Below, in pieces: positions 37,301 to 51,011 of a DNA stretch of 64,000 nucleotides (positions are counted from its first letter, which is position 1; the number at the start of each line of letters is the position of its first letter). The notes under the pieces are model-generated. The model saw only the letters and a list, made by a program, of their open reading frames with translations. It made no database searches and was not told where the DNA came from. The stretch comes from Amoebophrya sp. A120 (Eukaryota; Protista; Dinoflagellata). The stretch spans positions 1,841,151 to 1,905,150 of the forward strand of contig CAJINV010000007.1 of assembly GCA_905178155.1 (NCBI GenBank). Direction: 5' to 3'. The translations under genes were made by a program, and so were the position numbers.

Positions 37301-39529
37301 GGAACTTCTACAACAGCAGCGACGACCCGTGGAGCTGCATCCGCAGCGACGACTTCCACTGTTCAACAACAGGAGCCAGGAGAAATGACGATGAAAAACG
37401 CCAGCAAACCCCCCGGAATAATTATTCCGAAACTGGCACTAAGTGCTATTTCCGGTTCCGCCTCTATTCCTGTGCCTGGAGTGAAGGTGAAGCCGTTGGC
37501 TCCACTAAAACAAAGAGACGACGGGTCATCTACAGCTTGTGATCGGCCTGCTGCTGTAATGACAACCAGCGCCAGAGCGGCTTCCAGCTCCAAATCAAAG
37601 TCCAACACCAGTGCCTTGCTTTCCGTCCCGAGCTCCCCCTTCCTGATCACCCCGCTCGTGATGCCACGGGTAACCGGAGTGAGCTTGGTGCCGAAAGTAA
37701 GTAGAACGAAGTCTGTTTCTCGGAGTATCCCCTCCAGTAGAGTGGGAAGTAAAGATATCCTGAGAAAAAAGCGTTACAGTTACACATTGTGTTGCTGGCC
37801 AAGCAAGACAGACAAGCTCTGTCATGCCGGACATGCATAGGGGCCTCGTTTCATACGTGTTTTCCCATAGGATTTCTGCATTACATACAAACTTTCTCTC
37901 TCATGCAGAGAAATTCGTGTAGTTGCTGAATTCACTACAAATGTGTAACTGTAACACTTTTTTCGTGGGATAAAAGAGAAAGTGAAAGGAACTAAAGAAA
38001 TCACAGGGTTGAAAAAGACGTCGACAACCGCAGCAACTGCTTCTGCGGGGCAGCACCAGCAGCAGCACGACGAAGTTGATCTCGCAGAGAAGTACAGCGC
38101 TACCCTCGCGACGAAAGACAAAGAAGAAGAGACCCAGAAGATAAAAGTCTTCCGGAACTACGGGATCAAAAACCGGAAAGGGGTTCAACAGAATAAAGCA
38201 GCAGCTGAAGTGGAAAAAGTACACCAGTCCCATCAAGCTGCAGAACAAGAGCCGACAAATGCCGAAAAAGAAGACCTTCCTTCCCCAACGCCGGATGAGT
38301 TCCACGATCCAATCATTCTGCGCGACAAAGCTCTGCTGGCGCTCCTGCCGAAGCCGGTGCCTGTCACGGAGAATTCACGGAGCCCCATGGGCGGGGGTCG
38401 TCAAACAGGCGAACAATCGGCGAAACAGCAGCGAGGTACCACGACAGGTGGAAATAGTAGAAACGCAGGCTCAACTACAACACCAAATCGAAATGCCGTC
38501 GTGTCCACCTCAAAGCTGAATCAGTACAGCAACAGGCGTACGAACATCCCATCTTCGGACACGAGCAGCAAAACCGGTGCAGCAGGAGAGCCTGCTCAAC
38601 TATTGCACTACGACTCGTCTCCTTCTGACTTCATCCCGGTAGCAAGACTGGTGGAACTTGTTCCGCGGGGGGATGACGGCGGTGCCTCTGCGCAGGTATG
38701 AGAGTGCGTAAAACCTCCTGTTCCGCCACCCCACCTCCCCTTCTTCATATGAATGAACTTCCTTGAAGAGCATAAACAGGAACTGAGAGACACCAGCGAA
38801 CCACCTAAAGCCATCCAGCCTGCCGGCATGCTGGTAAGTTCATGCGCGGAGTGCAGTGCATGTGCAACTGTTTCTTCTTGTGCTCCCTCCACCGAGATTT
38901 ACGATGCAAACAGTTCCACAAGGCAGCATACTGGATTTGGGACTTCGTAAGTATGACAAATGAGGGGGCGGGGCGACGAGTTGTAGTTCTTGCGCACTCT
39001 CATAGCAGGAGGACGAGCTTAACACGGAATTTGACTCCAAGTACTCCGTCCCATCAAAGGACGCAAATGGTAGAGAGGAGCAAACTGCCATCGGCAATTT
39101 TCACTTGTTCTATCCGTCTTCTGTCGCGGGAACTGGTGGAGCAGGAGCTGCAAGTCCGTCCGCAAGACAGAAGAAGTCTCTGAACTCCAGTATGACCTCC
39201 TCAGGTGTTGCATCTCTGTGATGCAAGAAGTGCAATATCATTACGCATGGCAATATCAATACGCATGACAAGTTGTGGAGTGCCAAACTGCATTCGAGGA
39301 ATCCGGCGAGACTTGTATTGTAGAAAGTGGAACGCGCCGTGCCCGTGTGGCAGCTCGTCTCCTGCTGATCATGCAAGAGAAACACAAAATCCAGTTACTC
39401 TGTTGTAGTAACGCTTGAGATTTATCACTTGAGAAGGTTATATCTAGCGTGGCGCTCGATATCACAGAAGATTCCATCGCGAACATGCCGCTGCGAGACT
39501 TGAGTCACAACGACCGGGAGCAGCAGTAA
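31361..39529 (+). CDS. Large unknown low-complexity/coiled-coil protein (over 2000 aa) interrupted by three introners and several ordinary introns; ends approximate
   Basis: ORFs at 31984, 33407, 34235 and 37982 join in frame after removing the elements at 33242, 33984 and 37756. Short flanking exons near 31361-31555, 31712-31790 and 38914-39529. Confidence 0.7.
33242..33555 (+). mobile_element. Introner family A, inverted-core variant (314 bp), TSD CAAAG
   Basis: tatggatgcgtcagagttgaaatcg...cgatttcaatcctgacgcttccata. Removal gives TSTKEVISAE. Confidence 0.93.
33984..34140 (-). mobile_element. Introner family D (157 bp), reverse orientation, TSD GCTCT
   Basis: The reverse complement aligns to 42520-42667 and 55747-55891. 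Removal gives RELLSAAHRR, in frame with ORF 34235. Confidence 0.9.
37756..37972 (+). mobile_element. Introner family E (217 bp), TSD AAAGA
   Basis: tatcctgagaaaaaagcgttacagttacacatt pairs with aatgtgtaactgtaacacttttttcgtgggata. Removal gives GSKEKVKGT. Confidence 0.92.
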
Positions 39530-40743
39530 GCGGGAGCAGCCCACTAACTATCAAAATCATTCTCTGGTGACGAGTATTGAGTAGTCCGTCTGCAGCTGGT
39601 GATGAGTAACATGTGACGCTCGACGCGACCCTATGAAAGAGTCTGGTCTGTATGTAGTTTTAGCACCATCATCATTGTTCTTCTACGGTACAGAATCAAA
39701 AATTAGTAAACTCTAATGAATCCAACTCCAATTATCCCATACGACCAGTTGCATGCCTTGAACTTCTTAACCGCAGAAATTTTTGGCGTTTTTGATTTCG
39801 CAGCTTGAATGAGAAAGTACACGACGCAGCTTTGTTTTTGTTTATCACTGAGACCCAAAATGAATTTGAGTCAGCGTTTCACGTTCGGCGCAAATATTGA
39901 CACTGATACTACTTTTTGTTGTACAGTAATGTAAAAAAATGTTTCCTTCTGTGTCTTTGGATAAGCATATAACATTATTTAGAAACTACATTAGTGAAGA
40001 TGCGGATGAAATAGTCAAAGCGCAGCACGCGCTGGCTCTCGGTGCGTTGTAGCCGCAAATAATTGTTCGCATTCGTTGTATAGTTGAAAAAACTTCGCAA
40101 ACTAATGAAGTGATGTGCTTTTTTTCATTGTCCAGGAGGAGGCACAGGGGCACTGATTCGTTTTTTTTTTTTTTTATGCATCGCACTGCAAGGGCATCGC
40201 TGGGGATGGAGCAGGCGGGCAGACTTGAGATGAAATAATCTTCGTTACCTTCAGAACTTTTTTTCCAATCTTTTTTTTTGTGTCTGTGTTGACGAGCGAG
40301 AACAACGAACAAAAATCACTACTTCTACACTACGTCGTACCTCTTGCTGCTGTATGTTTTTTCGTTCTTTTTTCCTCCTTGTGCGTCTTTGTAGTTTCCC
40401 TTTGATGTTTCAATTCAAGGGGGGGCAGAGGTCGAAGTAAAAAGCACCGGCATGACAGTCAGGGGTGGCCCCTGCAGATGTAAGTATAATCTTCTCGACG
40501 ACGTTCTTCTCGATGACGACGTTCTTTCCCTGTTGTAGGTGTCGTCTTACCTGAAACACTACCTCTACCACTTGTTCACTCTACAGGTGACAGACGAGTT
40601 GTTGATCAAGTGAAACAACAATAGCCTCGTCCCGACGAAGTTGTTATGGAGTTATCAACACCACCCAGCACGTAGACGTAGAGTTTCAAAATAATTTACT
40701 TACACACCCCAACGCACGGTATAGAAATCCCCGAGAAACAAGA

Positions 40744-43700
40744 ATGTCTTGTCCCACCACCATGAGCAATAAACAAGTTGCAGCGGAGCAGGTGGAGGTT
40801 CCTAACAGAACCGCAAGAAGTTCCACGGCGACAACGCCCAACTCCACGGCGATCCGAGACCAGGAGCAGGAGGGCGGTAGTGCCTTCTACCCGGCGCACC
40901 ACCTACTGCAACATCACAAGTCGGAAGCCAAAAAGGCCCGGGTTCTCCGGAAAGACCCGTACCTTGGCCGCAACGTGAGGCGCACGGACCGGAAACGGTA
41001 CTCGGACCTGTTTTTGGAGGCCCAGGCACAGACGCAACACGCGACGTCTACAGGGGAGAGTCTTTTAAAAAATCACCCGAACGACAAGAAGGGCGATAAT
41101 TTTCTCCAGTTCCCCGTCGTCACTATCGAGGACCCTGAGACGGGGACCAAGCTCAGCCCCCGCTCGGCGCGCGGTCAGCACCTCTCCGCCGAGCAGATCT
41201 ACCATCAGAACTGCGTGAAGGAAACCAAAAAGCAGAAGAACAGACTTCTGAACCGCAGCTTGAGCCCGTCGAGTCTCGCCGGGAGCCCGTTCGTCAGCCC
41301 GCGGTCCATGTCGACGTCCGGTTTGGGGCTTGCAGTTTCTGGCGCACCTCATACCACGTCCTCTATCGGCACCAATCAATACCCAGACTTGCAAGTGCTA
41401 CCGCGTCGCCGGATTTACCGCAAGGACCCCTTTCTGGGGCGGGACGTGCGAAAATCCGATCACAAGCCGTACGTCGAGTTGTTCCGCGAGTGTAAGGAGA
41501 AAAATCGTTTGACGCTCGGCGCAAAACTGTCGAAACAGTTCCTGCAGAACGGACCGGTCGTGTGCACTGGCGGGGATGGAATGAGTTCTGCGAGCGTCAT
41601 GTCTGCTACCGCTCGTCCAGCTGTTGTTCCGCGCAGAATGAGGAGTGAGCCGGCGGGGAACAAACTAAATGTGAAAAATGCCTCTTCTAAAAAACCGGTA
41701 CTGTTGAAACTGAACAAGGCGGCAGTTGTGGCTACGAAGGCAGATAACGCCAAGAGTAGAAGTGCAAAGATGGAACAAGAACGCCCCCAACACAGCACGA
41801 ACTACACCAGCGAACAACAAAACGATGCGGCACTTCTAGATCAGCAGCTGCACTCGCTACCCTCGACTCAATTTGCAACTCCGCGCGGGGGACTACAACA
41901 GCCGCTGGAGCTGCCGCCTGCTGAGACGCAGTTCTTCACGTATTTGTCCGATCTCCACACCACTACCAGCACGACCACAAGCGCGACGAAACACGACCGC
42001 CCGCTGCCCTTCTCTCATGGTGCGGAACAAGGTGGACTCGTCGCACAAGATCCTCAACGAGAAGAAGCAGAGGACGGCGACCAGGTTCGGCTCGCGAGCC
42101 AAGCCAGCACGACGCTTCTCGAGGATGGTATCAACAAGACCACCAGCACCATTAGCACCTATTCCATGGCGAAGACGAACTCCATGAACCGCACAACTAC
42201 GTCGTCGACTGCTGGCAGTCCTTCCAAGTTCATCATGAAGGAGGCCGAGGCTCTATTTACGACGTCGGCTATTGATGAAATTATGGAGGAGAAGTACGGG
42301 CACGTCGCCAGCAGCAACCGGGACTCGGACGACTGGGTCGTGTTGGAACTGGAAGACTGCGCGGGGGCCACTGCTGGAGCAGAAAACTACGATGTCGAGC
42401 AGATGTTTTTGGCAGGCTTTCTCCGGGACGAAAGCGAAAAGCACGCCCGTCTCCTCGAAGAGGAGCAAGCGGCCATGGTGTTGGAAGATCAGGACGCGGG
42501 CGTTTTCGTGCCGGTCCTCTATGAACTGCAAAAGTAGCGTACTCGTATAAATGCATTACAAATCTTCTCAGCATGAGAAAAAAAATTTGTAATGCGGATT
42601 TGACTTGACAAAAAGATTTGTAATGCATGATTGCAATACGAGGAGTGCGATACTTTTGCAGTTCATGTCCTCGACCGCCAGAACAAAATTTACGACAAAG
42701 ATTTCAACCTTCCTTCCGTTAACATCCAGCCGGTGCCGGTGAAGATGAATTTGGACTTGCATCCACAACCTTCGCAGAAGCTTTTCTCCCCCTTGAAGCA
42801 GCACAAGGCAAGCACATCTCCGACCGTAAAGCATCTCCGGGCCGTTCAGGGAACGACGGTCTTCGACTACCAGCCGATTGCGCGGAAAAACCACTCTACG
42901 CAAAGTGGCGCTGTGGTTCCGCCTGTTTCACCGGTCGTGACTGTAGGTGGGAACAAGATGAACAAAGACAGCTCGTCTGGTTGGCTGGACCAGGAGAGCG
43001 TCTCCTTGAGCTCACCAATGGCGAAGAGACAGGGAAATGAAAATAGCCAGTCCGCTGGAAGAGTGGTGACGAACAAAAAAAGTAAAAAGCTGATGCAACA
43101 AGCTAAAGCAAATCTAAATGTAAACAGTTCTTCGAAAGACCAACAGCAACAGCAGTCTCATCAACACCATCAACTTGGGCGTCGGTACGACAGTGTGGAG
43201 GACGAGATGAAAACTGAAGTCATTGACTTGATCGGGTTGGAGCAGAAGGATGCGATCCCTGCCACGCTCTCCGCAGAGAAGCTTTTTGAAGAAAATTTCC
43301 ATCAACACCAAATGGAAAAGACTGATACCCCACATTTCGGGAGCGATAATGGTGCTGACATGGTAGCCGTAGCAAATCGCGCAGCGGCAGCAACTGCAGC
43401 AGCAGGAAATAACGGAGATATTAAACTACCGCAATACAAGTCCAACACCGCACAGCTCCTTTCCTCCTACGGCTTGCCGGTCGAGCCGCACGAATTGCCG
43501 TCGGCCGGGGCAGCCAGGATGCAGATGCTGACTAGCAAGAAGGGGACATCAACTACGCCTGATCATGGGCAGCTCCTACTTCCCGCGCCGGTGCCGGTGA
43601 TTGGTGCAAGCAATGTGCTGACTTCGGCCGCCTCATTCTGCACAGTGATGCCGACGACTACATTAGCATCGGCACATCAACATGATCAACAAACTTCCAG

Positions 43701-44391
43701 TACCGGCGTTGAGAACAACTTACCGTATGACAAGAATCGCTCAACTTCTCCACTGAAGGATTACGGTATGAAGTTCCGGCAAACGCTGAACTTTCCGGTC
43801 TTTCAGGTGCCGACGTTGCACTTGTTGCCCACGCCGAATGTTGTCGGTCAGGTCGTTATGCAGCCGGGCTATGATACAACGAGTTTTGCCATCAATCCCA
43901 ATCGGATGGCAAGTTGTAACGTTGTCGGCTCCACTGCCAGCCTTCCGGCCTTCGGTCGCCCGGCATCAACCTCGTCGATGCCACACGTCGATCATCAGCA
44001 GCAGCAGTCGTTTCATCCCATTGTTCTGAAAACCCAATTGCCTGCTTCGCCGAGGGTCGACACGCTGAACAAATCCTGCAGCATCGTAATTCCAGAGAAG
44101 GACTTGGCGCATTACCAGCAGAACTGCGCTGCGGTGCCTCCTCGTCCTGTTCAACACCTCCTGCAAAATGATCAAAAAGACAACTACCTGGACGTGAGCC
44201 CGGGTTTGCCGCGGAAGGAGCAAAGTTGTTCGGTGAAAGAACAAACATCAAAGCACAATTCCAACGGTGCCGTCTACCTGCCCGCGACGGAGAGTGAAGC
44301 ACTGTACTTGAAGGAATTGACCGAGGAAGCGGAGGTGTTGATCCACCGCATTGTGGAACGCGAATCGCCGAGGATGGGGATGAAGTTTTAA
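40744..44391 (+). CDS. Unknown protein of about 1160 aa; exons 40744-42519, 42673-44391
   Basis: The 597-aa and 586-aa ORFs join in frame (VPVLDRQNK) on introner removal. Contains a duplicated RKDP(Y/F)LGR motif. Confidence 0.8.
42520..42667 (+). mobile_element. Introner family D (148 bp), TSD TCCTC
   Basis: tatgaactgcaaaagta pairs with tacttttgcagttcatg (the terminal base is G rather than A). Confidence 0.92.
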
Positions 44392-45646
44392 AAAAAATGA
44401 AACTGCTACTGCTCCACTTGATTTGAAATTTTTGTTCACTTTTTTTCGTTTTTCGTTTCAGCTACTCCGTCACGACTTGTTGAGAATTACAGACGACGAG
44501 GACCACCAGGCTATTGTAAGACGACGATGTTGTACTAGCCCTGGCATTATTGTATTGCAATTGCGTTTCCTTGTACAATATATTGAAGAATTTGATCCAA
44601 GCATAGCAAATTTGGTACGTAAATCCTAATTCTGGTGACACAAAAATACACTCACTATTTTAGTCTTTTATTCCTACTTGTTCTGTCAAACGATCACGAT
44701 AAAGAAGCAGATCCTGATGGAGTCAGTCCGCAAACTAACTACGAGCAAACAGATATTAAAGATGAATGATTATTGTGCGGCTTCGGCTCGTTTGTTTTTC
44801 CGGCCGCCCCAGGCAACAAATAAGAATAACTGATGTTGAGGGTAAAAAGTATAGATGAAAATGCGCATCATGTGAATGAGTCATCATGTAGAAGCAGCAT
44901 AGTCACACACACGTGAAATTGAAACTGGGAAAATCGATGAAAGTTTAAAGATTGGGAAGTAGATGTTGACAATGACATTGGCAGGTGATCATAAACTAAC
45001 ATATCCGATACATCTTGTTGCTGCACACTGGCATGTGACATTAAAATGTCAAAATCTACATGATCTAGTACGCATTGCAATTTGTATGAAGTGTTGACAC
45101 GTGTACGCGCTCGAGTTCGACCATAGATGTTTTGTTCTGCTTCTGTGTGGTCATCTTCTTCGTTGTCCCGCCTGAGGACAAGCACGCGAGGGAGCATCCT
45201 GCAAGTATTTTAACACGATCAAATTTTGATGCTCCAACTAACAGATCAACACGATGCACGATTTGCATCGCTTAATCATGTGCAGTCACGACCTCCAACA
45301 AGATCCACGCAATCACCTGCTTGATGAGATCGACTGCATCTGCATCTTCTTCTGGTTCATTTTTTCAAAAAGAATCCTACCGCTGTTGGTCGCTTTCCCA
45401 GCCATGTATTCTTGGTGACGGTAACAACGCTCTTCATCCGCAGACATTCACCAGCGACATCCTACGAAGACGATCGATTAGTTGTATTGCACCCTAACAA
45501 GAGTACGTACTTTATTTAGAGTCGAAAAACTCGCAGCACAGTAGGTGTAGTCGTCGACCTCGACCACCCATTCCCATAATATTCTTCGAAGCACCTTTAT
45601 CACCAATCAAAAATCATCTCATCCGTCGACGAAAATCTCACGCAAC

Positions 45647-48600
45647 ATGGCAAAGGAAAGCGACCCGAACAAAGGCGTGAAGATGTCGGCGGTGAACGCG
45701 ACGAAGCAGCAGAAAAGCCAAAAACCGCAGCAGATCACCACCAACCAGGCGGTGATTCTCGCTGATGTGGGGCAAAGTGTAGTGTTCAACCTGCTGCACC
45801 ACAGTAGTTGTTCAAGCAGCGCAACGAGCTCCTCGTCGTCTAGTACTTCTAGTACCTCCGCCGTGCACCCTCTACTCTTCCCCGTCGCTGGGGTCCCTCT
45901 GGTGGATCACATGCTGTTTTTCCTGAAGGACTACAACAAGTTCTGCGAGAAGCGGTACGCCGAAACGATGAAGCTCTCCGCGGAGCTCATGCAGCAAGAG
46001 GTGGCCTTCCCACAGCAGATCTCGGATTTGTTCATCTGCACCAAGAGCAAGAAGTTGAAGAACCACATCGAAAATTGGGAAAGAAAAAACATCGACCCGA
46101 CGACGGACCGAATCGCGTTTCGGGTTTTTGTGCCGCCGAATACTGGGGGAGAAAGCGGGGCGGTGAAAAGCTTGAGCGACGGGAAGCAGGCGCTGGTATT
46201 AGTTGTCTTCGAAAACAAGACTGCGTCGTGCTTGCTAGCTCGCAAAACTGTAAGAGTGGGGTAACAATGAAATCCTTATCCGCCCCCCCGGCGGATAAGC
46301 CGGGGGGGGCCCCCCCCCTGGCTTATCCGCCGGCGGGCTGCCCCGAAATAGGCCCCATGAACTGGCCCGGCCAAGGCGCCGTTTGGATGAGCCCGGGGGC
46401 GCCCGGACCGACACACGGCACGCCGCTGGTGCTTATGGTTTTTTTAAGTAATGCGCAGGAAATTGCCAAACGTCGCACCACCGGGACTGGTAGAGCAAGA
46501 AAATGACGGGACGCAGCGTGTCAAGGTTTGCCATGGATGCAAGCAAAACAAGGCGGAAAGACATGGCGTTGAAAATTCACACACAGAAACTAGATAGCTT
46601 CGCACGTCGAAGCCTGTTTAGGGGGTTTGTCAATAGAAGCCCGGGCCTCATCACATTACAGACAGAAGAGGCACACACATAGACCGAGTCCGGCAGCGTG
46701 CCTCGCAAACAAGGGCGCCAGGCTTCACATGTGCAGGCTGTCTTGGGGCTGTTGGCAGGTGCAGGCACCCCGCTGGCTTTGCAAGCTACTCACAAGCCCC
46801 GACGGCTACCAATTCGCGCTGAAAACAGGCCACGCAAGAAATCATCACTCAGCCCGCAGCCTCATGCAAGTCCCCGGAGCTGCTGCCCTGGCGCCATGCG
46901 TGCCGCGTGGTGAGGCGGCCGGGGCGTCGCGAATGAGCCAGCACGGGGGTGATAGCTGGTAGCGGGCTGTGGCTTGCCCTGGGCCACAGCCCGCCGCACT
47001 GGGCCGGCCCCGGGGCCTGTGCGGCGGGAAAACCTTACCGGGGCCCGAGATGGGAAGCGGGAAAACCTGTAATGGGAACCGAGAAAACCTCACTGGGCCC
47101 CGTGGCCTGTTTCGCATCACTGACTTCGGGCGGGCATTTGCGCCGCGCCGGAAACTTAGAGCTAGCACATTGGCCGGCGGCGGTATCAAAAAAAAAAGCC
47201 GGCGAACAAAAGGAAAGCGCGCGAGGCTGTCGCCCGCGCGGCGCAATTGGTTGCTTAAATATCTATGGCCGTGGCGGAAGCTATTGAATCGCGCTGCGGC
47301 AAGCTAAGACGTCACCTGCACGGCCCGGCCCGCGGCCCAGGAAATGACTGCCCAGCTTAGAGCCCCCTCCTGTCTCGGTAGAATATAAGTCGAGCACACC
47401 AGCGGGGGGAATTTTACCACCGACGGTGCCCCGCATTTATTAAGAAAGGGGCGAGCCCTCGGCGCGCAGGCGTGGGCGTTGTCGCGGCCTGTTTCGGTGC
47501 ATGGCAGGCTGGGCCCATTGAAAAAGCAGGGGGGCCCATTGCGGGCGGCGGGCTTGGGTTGGCACAGGCGCACACCCCTAGAAGGTGGGCGCGCGCAAGA
47601 TGAAACCTTCAGTCCGTGGCTGTGTTTCGTTCTCGCTTCGGACCCTAAGCCGCTGCCTGCAGGCATGCCCAAGACAGAGCAGGGCGGCATGGCCTGGCAA
47701 GTAAGCGCATGGCCCGAAGGGTATATGCGAAGAAGCTCTGCGGCCCTCACGCTGGGAGTTTACTTCTGTGGGGCAAGCTCTGGCCCTGGCCTTGTCTGCC
47801 CGCTGCTATTTGCTGGGCCACTTCTTGCGTGGCGAATTCCCCAAGCTTTCGCACCTTTTGCGTGGCAAGTATGTATCTGCTGGCGGTTTTTTTTAAGTCC
47901 AAAGCAGTCCCGGCAGTGAGTGCGGGGCCTTCAAATGCTGCGCCTGCTACAACTTTCAAAGAAACACCTCAAAGGCCGGCGGCGTCATGCTTGCCGTCGA
48001 CCTTTCTTTGTGGCGTTTCAAAATCTTGCCACAACATGCCGGATGCTGTCGGCATTTCCGGGTCCCTCAGGCGATGGCAGCGCCCGGCCACTTTGTCGCG
48101 GCTATACCGGTACGGCCCGCCGGCGGATAAGCCGGGGGGGCCCCCCCCCCCGGCTTATCCGCCGGGGGGGCGGATAAGGATTTCATTGTTACCCCACTCT
48201 AACTGAAATAAATCACGAGGATATTCAGTAACGTGCTTCTATCGCGCTCTCGTAGCTGTAGTATGTGTATCCATGATTGACGTCGATTTATTTTCTTCCA
48301 TATGCTTCCCTTGCTGCTAAAGTCATGCGTGTTTTTGACAAATTCAACACAGGTCGGCGACCTCCTCGGATTTCTCCGGGATCTACAGTCGCGGAACATC
48401 ATTCAAAAGGACTTCCTGCTCTGGGAGCCCTTCGCACTACTCTCGTCACCCGAAATCCTCTTCGAATTCTTTACCCAGCACCAGCAGACCAGGCAAGACA
48501 AACTCCGACACTGCGCCGTCAGCAAGCTGTACACGGAGTTGACGTCAACAGAGCAAGCAGAGCAATTTCCGTTGACGCACCGCGGATTTCCGATTTACTT

Positions 48601-51011
48601 GGAAAAGATCGAGCAGACCGCGTACTCAAACACCCTGGAGCTGTTGCACTGCCACACCGAGAAGCCGCAACTGGACGTGATTTTGCAGGATTTGATGAAA
48701 AGAGAACAGCGGGGATGTCTGGAAATCCTGAAAAACGTCTGCGATTTGGCGATCATGATTCTAACGCCGGACATCTTGACGAAAGTCGCGGCCGAGGCGG
48801 TGGATATGGTATAAATAAATAGAAGAACACAACAGACCACATGAACGCATGTCATAAGCATTTATTGCACTTTCTTGGTTTACAACTGCATCCATGCAGA
48901 GCTAGAGCAAATAATTAGTGCGCGTTGAAGTGCAACGCCCGACAGGACAACGACAACCGGATTCGCTATTCTACCTACTAGCTTTGTTGAACTTGAAACA
49001 TGTGATGCTTCTTCTGAACATAATTTACATCTATGGATACAACATTTCCAAATCAGACCGTCCTGTCCGATCTGGTGCAGAACATGCTTGTCGAGAAGTT
49101 CGACTCCAAGCTTTCTTCCGACTCGGTTTACGTCCATGTCTGCTACAAGCCGGTCCGCCCCATCTGCTTTCCCAAAAGCATCGTGGCGCTCTCCAAAGAG
49201 TTAACGCAGAAACTCGCCGGACCCTTGAAGAAGCAACAGAAAAAGGCGGGGAAGAAGGACGCCGGAGGTGGACCTGCGTTGGAGCCCGTAGCCGAAGGTG
49301 GTTCATCCGCACCAGCAGCGACGCAGCTGCACCCCTTTGCAGCCCTCGCCCGACCGGAGTGGTTTTCGGGCACTGCATTGGTGAGTGGGAGCGAGCAGCT
49401 GAAGCTTCAGCCAATTGAAATCAACTCCGCGTGCATTACTAGCGGGGAGGAGGCGATGCAGGTTAGTGCTATCTGGCTGTCAATCTTCCTATTTATCCTT
49501 TACTTGCTTCACGAAGAAGACGAAGAAGAAGTAGCATCAAAACTCTTCATTCCGAAAAAATGCTTTATGATGTTGACATTGTCGTCAAGGGTCCTCATTC
49601 CGTTTCCGGTTTGAATTCATCCATTGATCAGCATCAACACCATATCCACATGATAAACGCATCTTCTCAGATACCCACTGCTACGTCCGACTCTGAGTTG
49701 GAGCTGAAAAACAACACCTTCTTCGGCCCAACGAGCATCAAAGCGGACTCGTGTGTCATCAGCGACTGCTACCTGTTGAACAACGTTGAAATTGAAGCGG
49801 AGTGCTTCCTGGAGAAATCCATCATCTGCGAAGACTCCAAAATCCGCAGTGGCGCAAGTTTGAACAGCGGTTGCTTTGTCGGCCCGAGCACCGAAATCCC
49901 TGCAGCAACAGAGCTCTTACCCGGCTCCGTCGCGCTGGCATCACCGTCCGCCTTCGCCGGTTTAGCGAACAAAGAGACAGCCGCGGCGACAGGAATTTCT
50001 ACCGATACTAGCACGACCACCGCTGCCGTGTTCGATTCCGAAAAGTACAAAATTTCGCACTTGATCGCCAACGAACTTGGGAGTCTGGCACCGCCACAAC
50101 CCGCTGCAGCAGCGAGTAAAGCCGCAGCAGCAGTTACGGAATCACAGGATGCGGAGGAAGATAATGACCATGCGGAGATTTTCGATCCGCAGCAATGGTG
50201 GAGCGAGTACCACGGGCTACGGAAGTTTTTTGACGAGGAGGTCGAGAAAAACGACGACGAGAATGGGAACGGTGGAAACGAAGACCCTTTCCAAAAAGAG
50301 TTGCGGATGCTGCTAACCGATTTCTTGCAAAAATTCCCCTGCAGCGGAGAACAGGAGAATGCAGAAGATTCATCCCCGGATGGCGACGACTACAATGCGA
50401 CTTTGCTGGAGTTGAAATCCTTGAGAATGGCTGCGCGGGCCTCCGTGCCGGAATTCGCGCTGAAAATCCTCCAGATTCTTCTCCAACTGCTGAAACAGCA
50501 GCTCTTTTCCACCCCCGCGGCGTCCGCGAACCAAAACGTGAAATTAGCCGTCGCGGTCATCAACCGCATGAGCCCCTTTCTTGCGAACTTCACGGCGAAG
50601 CTGGACTCGTCCGCGAAATTGAAACTGGTCCAGGAGATGCACGGCCAGCTGTGCTGCGGACTACAAGTGGGTGTAGGAGCACCGCAAAACGACATCGGCA
50701 GTTCCGCCTCTGAACATCAAGCGAATCCCAACGATGTCGCGGAGCTTGCAACCTCGGGCGGGGCGTCGGGTCTGCAGGCAACGGTGTCGCCAACCTTGTT
50801 CGTGCATATCCTGAACGCCTTTCGGCAGTTCGGGGACGGTGACCAGGTGATCGACCGGGTTTCCATCGCGGGCTGGTACAGCGAGGCGCACAACGTGCTG
50901 GAAAAGCAGAAGACGGTGCTGGAAAATCAGAGTTTGAAGAACTTGATCGCGTTCTGCGAGGCCGACAGCAGCGACGAAGAAAGCGGCTCGGATGGGGAGG
51001 AGTCGGATTGA
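45647..51011 (+). CDS. Translation initiation factor eIF2B epsilon-like (divergent); exons 45647-46195, 48353-48808, 49057-49461, 49671-51011
   Basis: QAVILAD, PLLFPVAGVPLVDHML, VGDLLGFLRDL...IIQKDFLL, a hexapeptide left-handed beta-helix (ISDCYLLNNVEIEAECFLEKSIICEDS), LLELKSLRMA and a W2-like end with an acidic tail. Confidence 0.8.
46254..48199. mobile_element. Non-autonomous TIR element (1946 bp), 3-bp TSD TAA, PIF/Harbinger-like, inside eIF2B epsilon intron 1
   Basis: taa-gagtggggtaacaatgaaatccttatccgccccc...gggggcggataaggatttcattgttaccccactc-taa, with TIRs of about 85 bp. GC-rich interior with no recognisable transposase. Confidence 0.9.

Noticed and set aside
44868-45480. Minus-strand coding-like remnants (also near 56960-57700)
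   Set aside because: Interrupted by stops with no identifiable homology.
46277-48177. Transposase ORF inside the 1.9-kb TIR element
   Set aside because: Only short GC-driven ORFs with no DDE motif.
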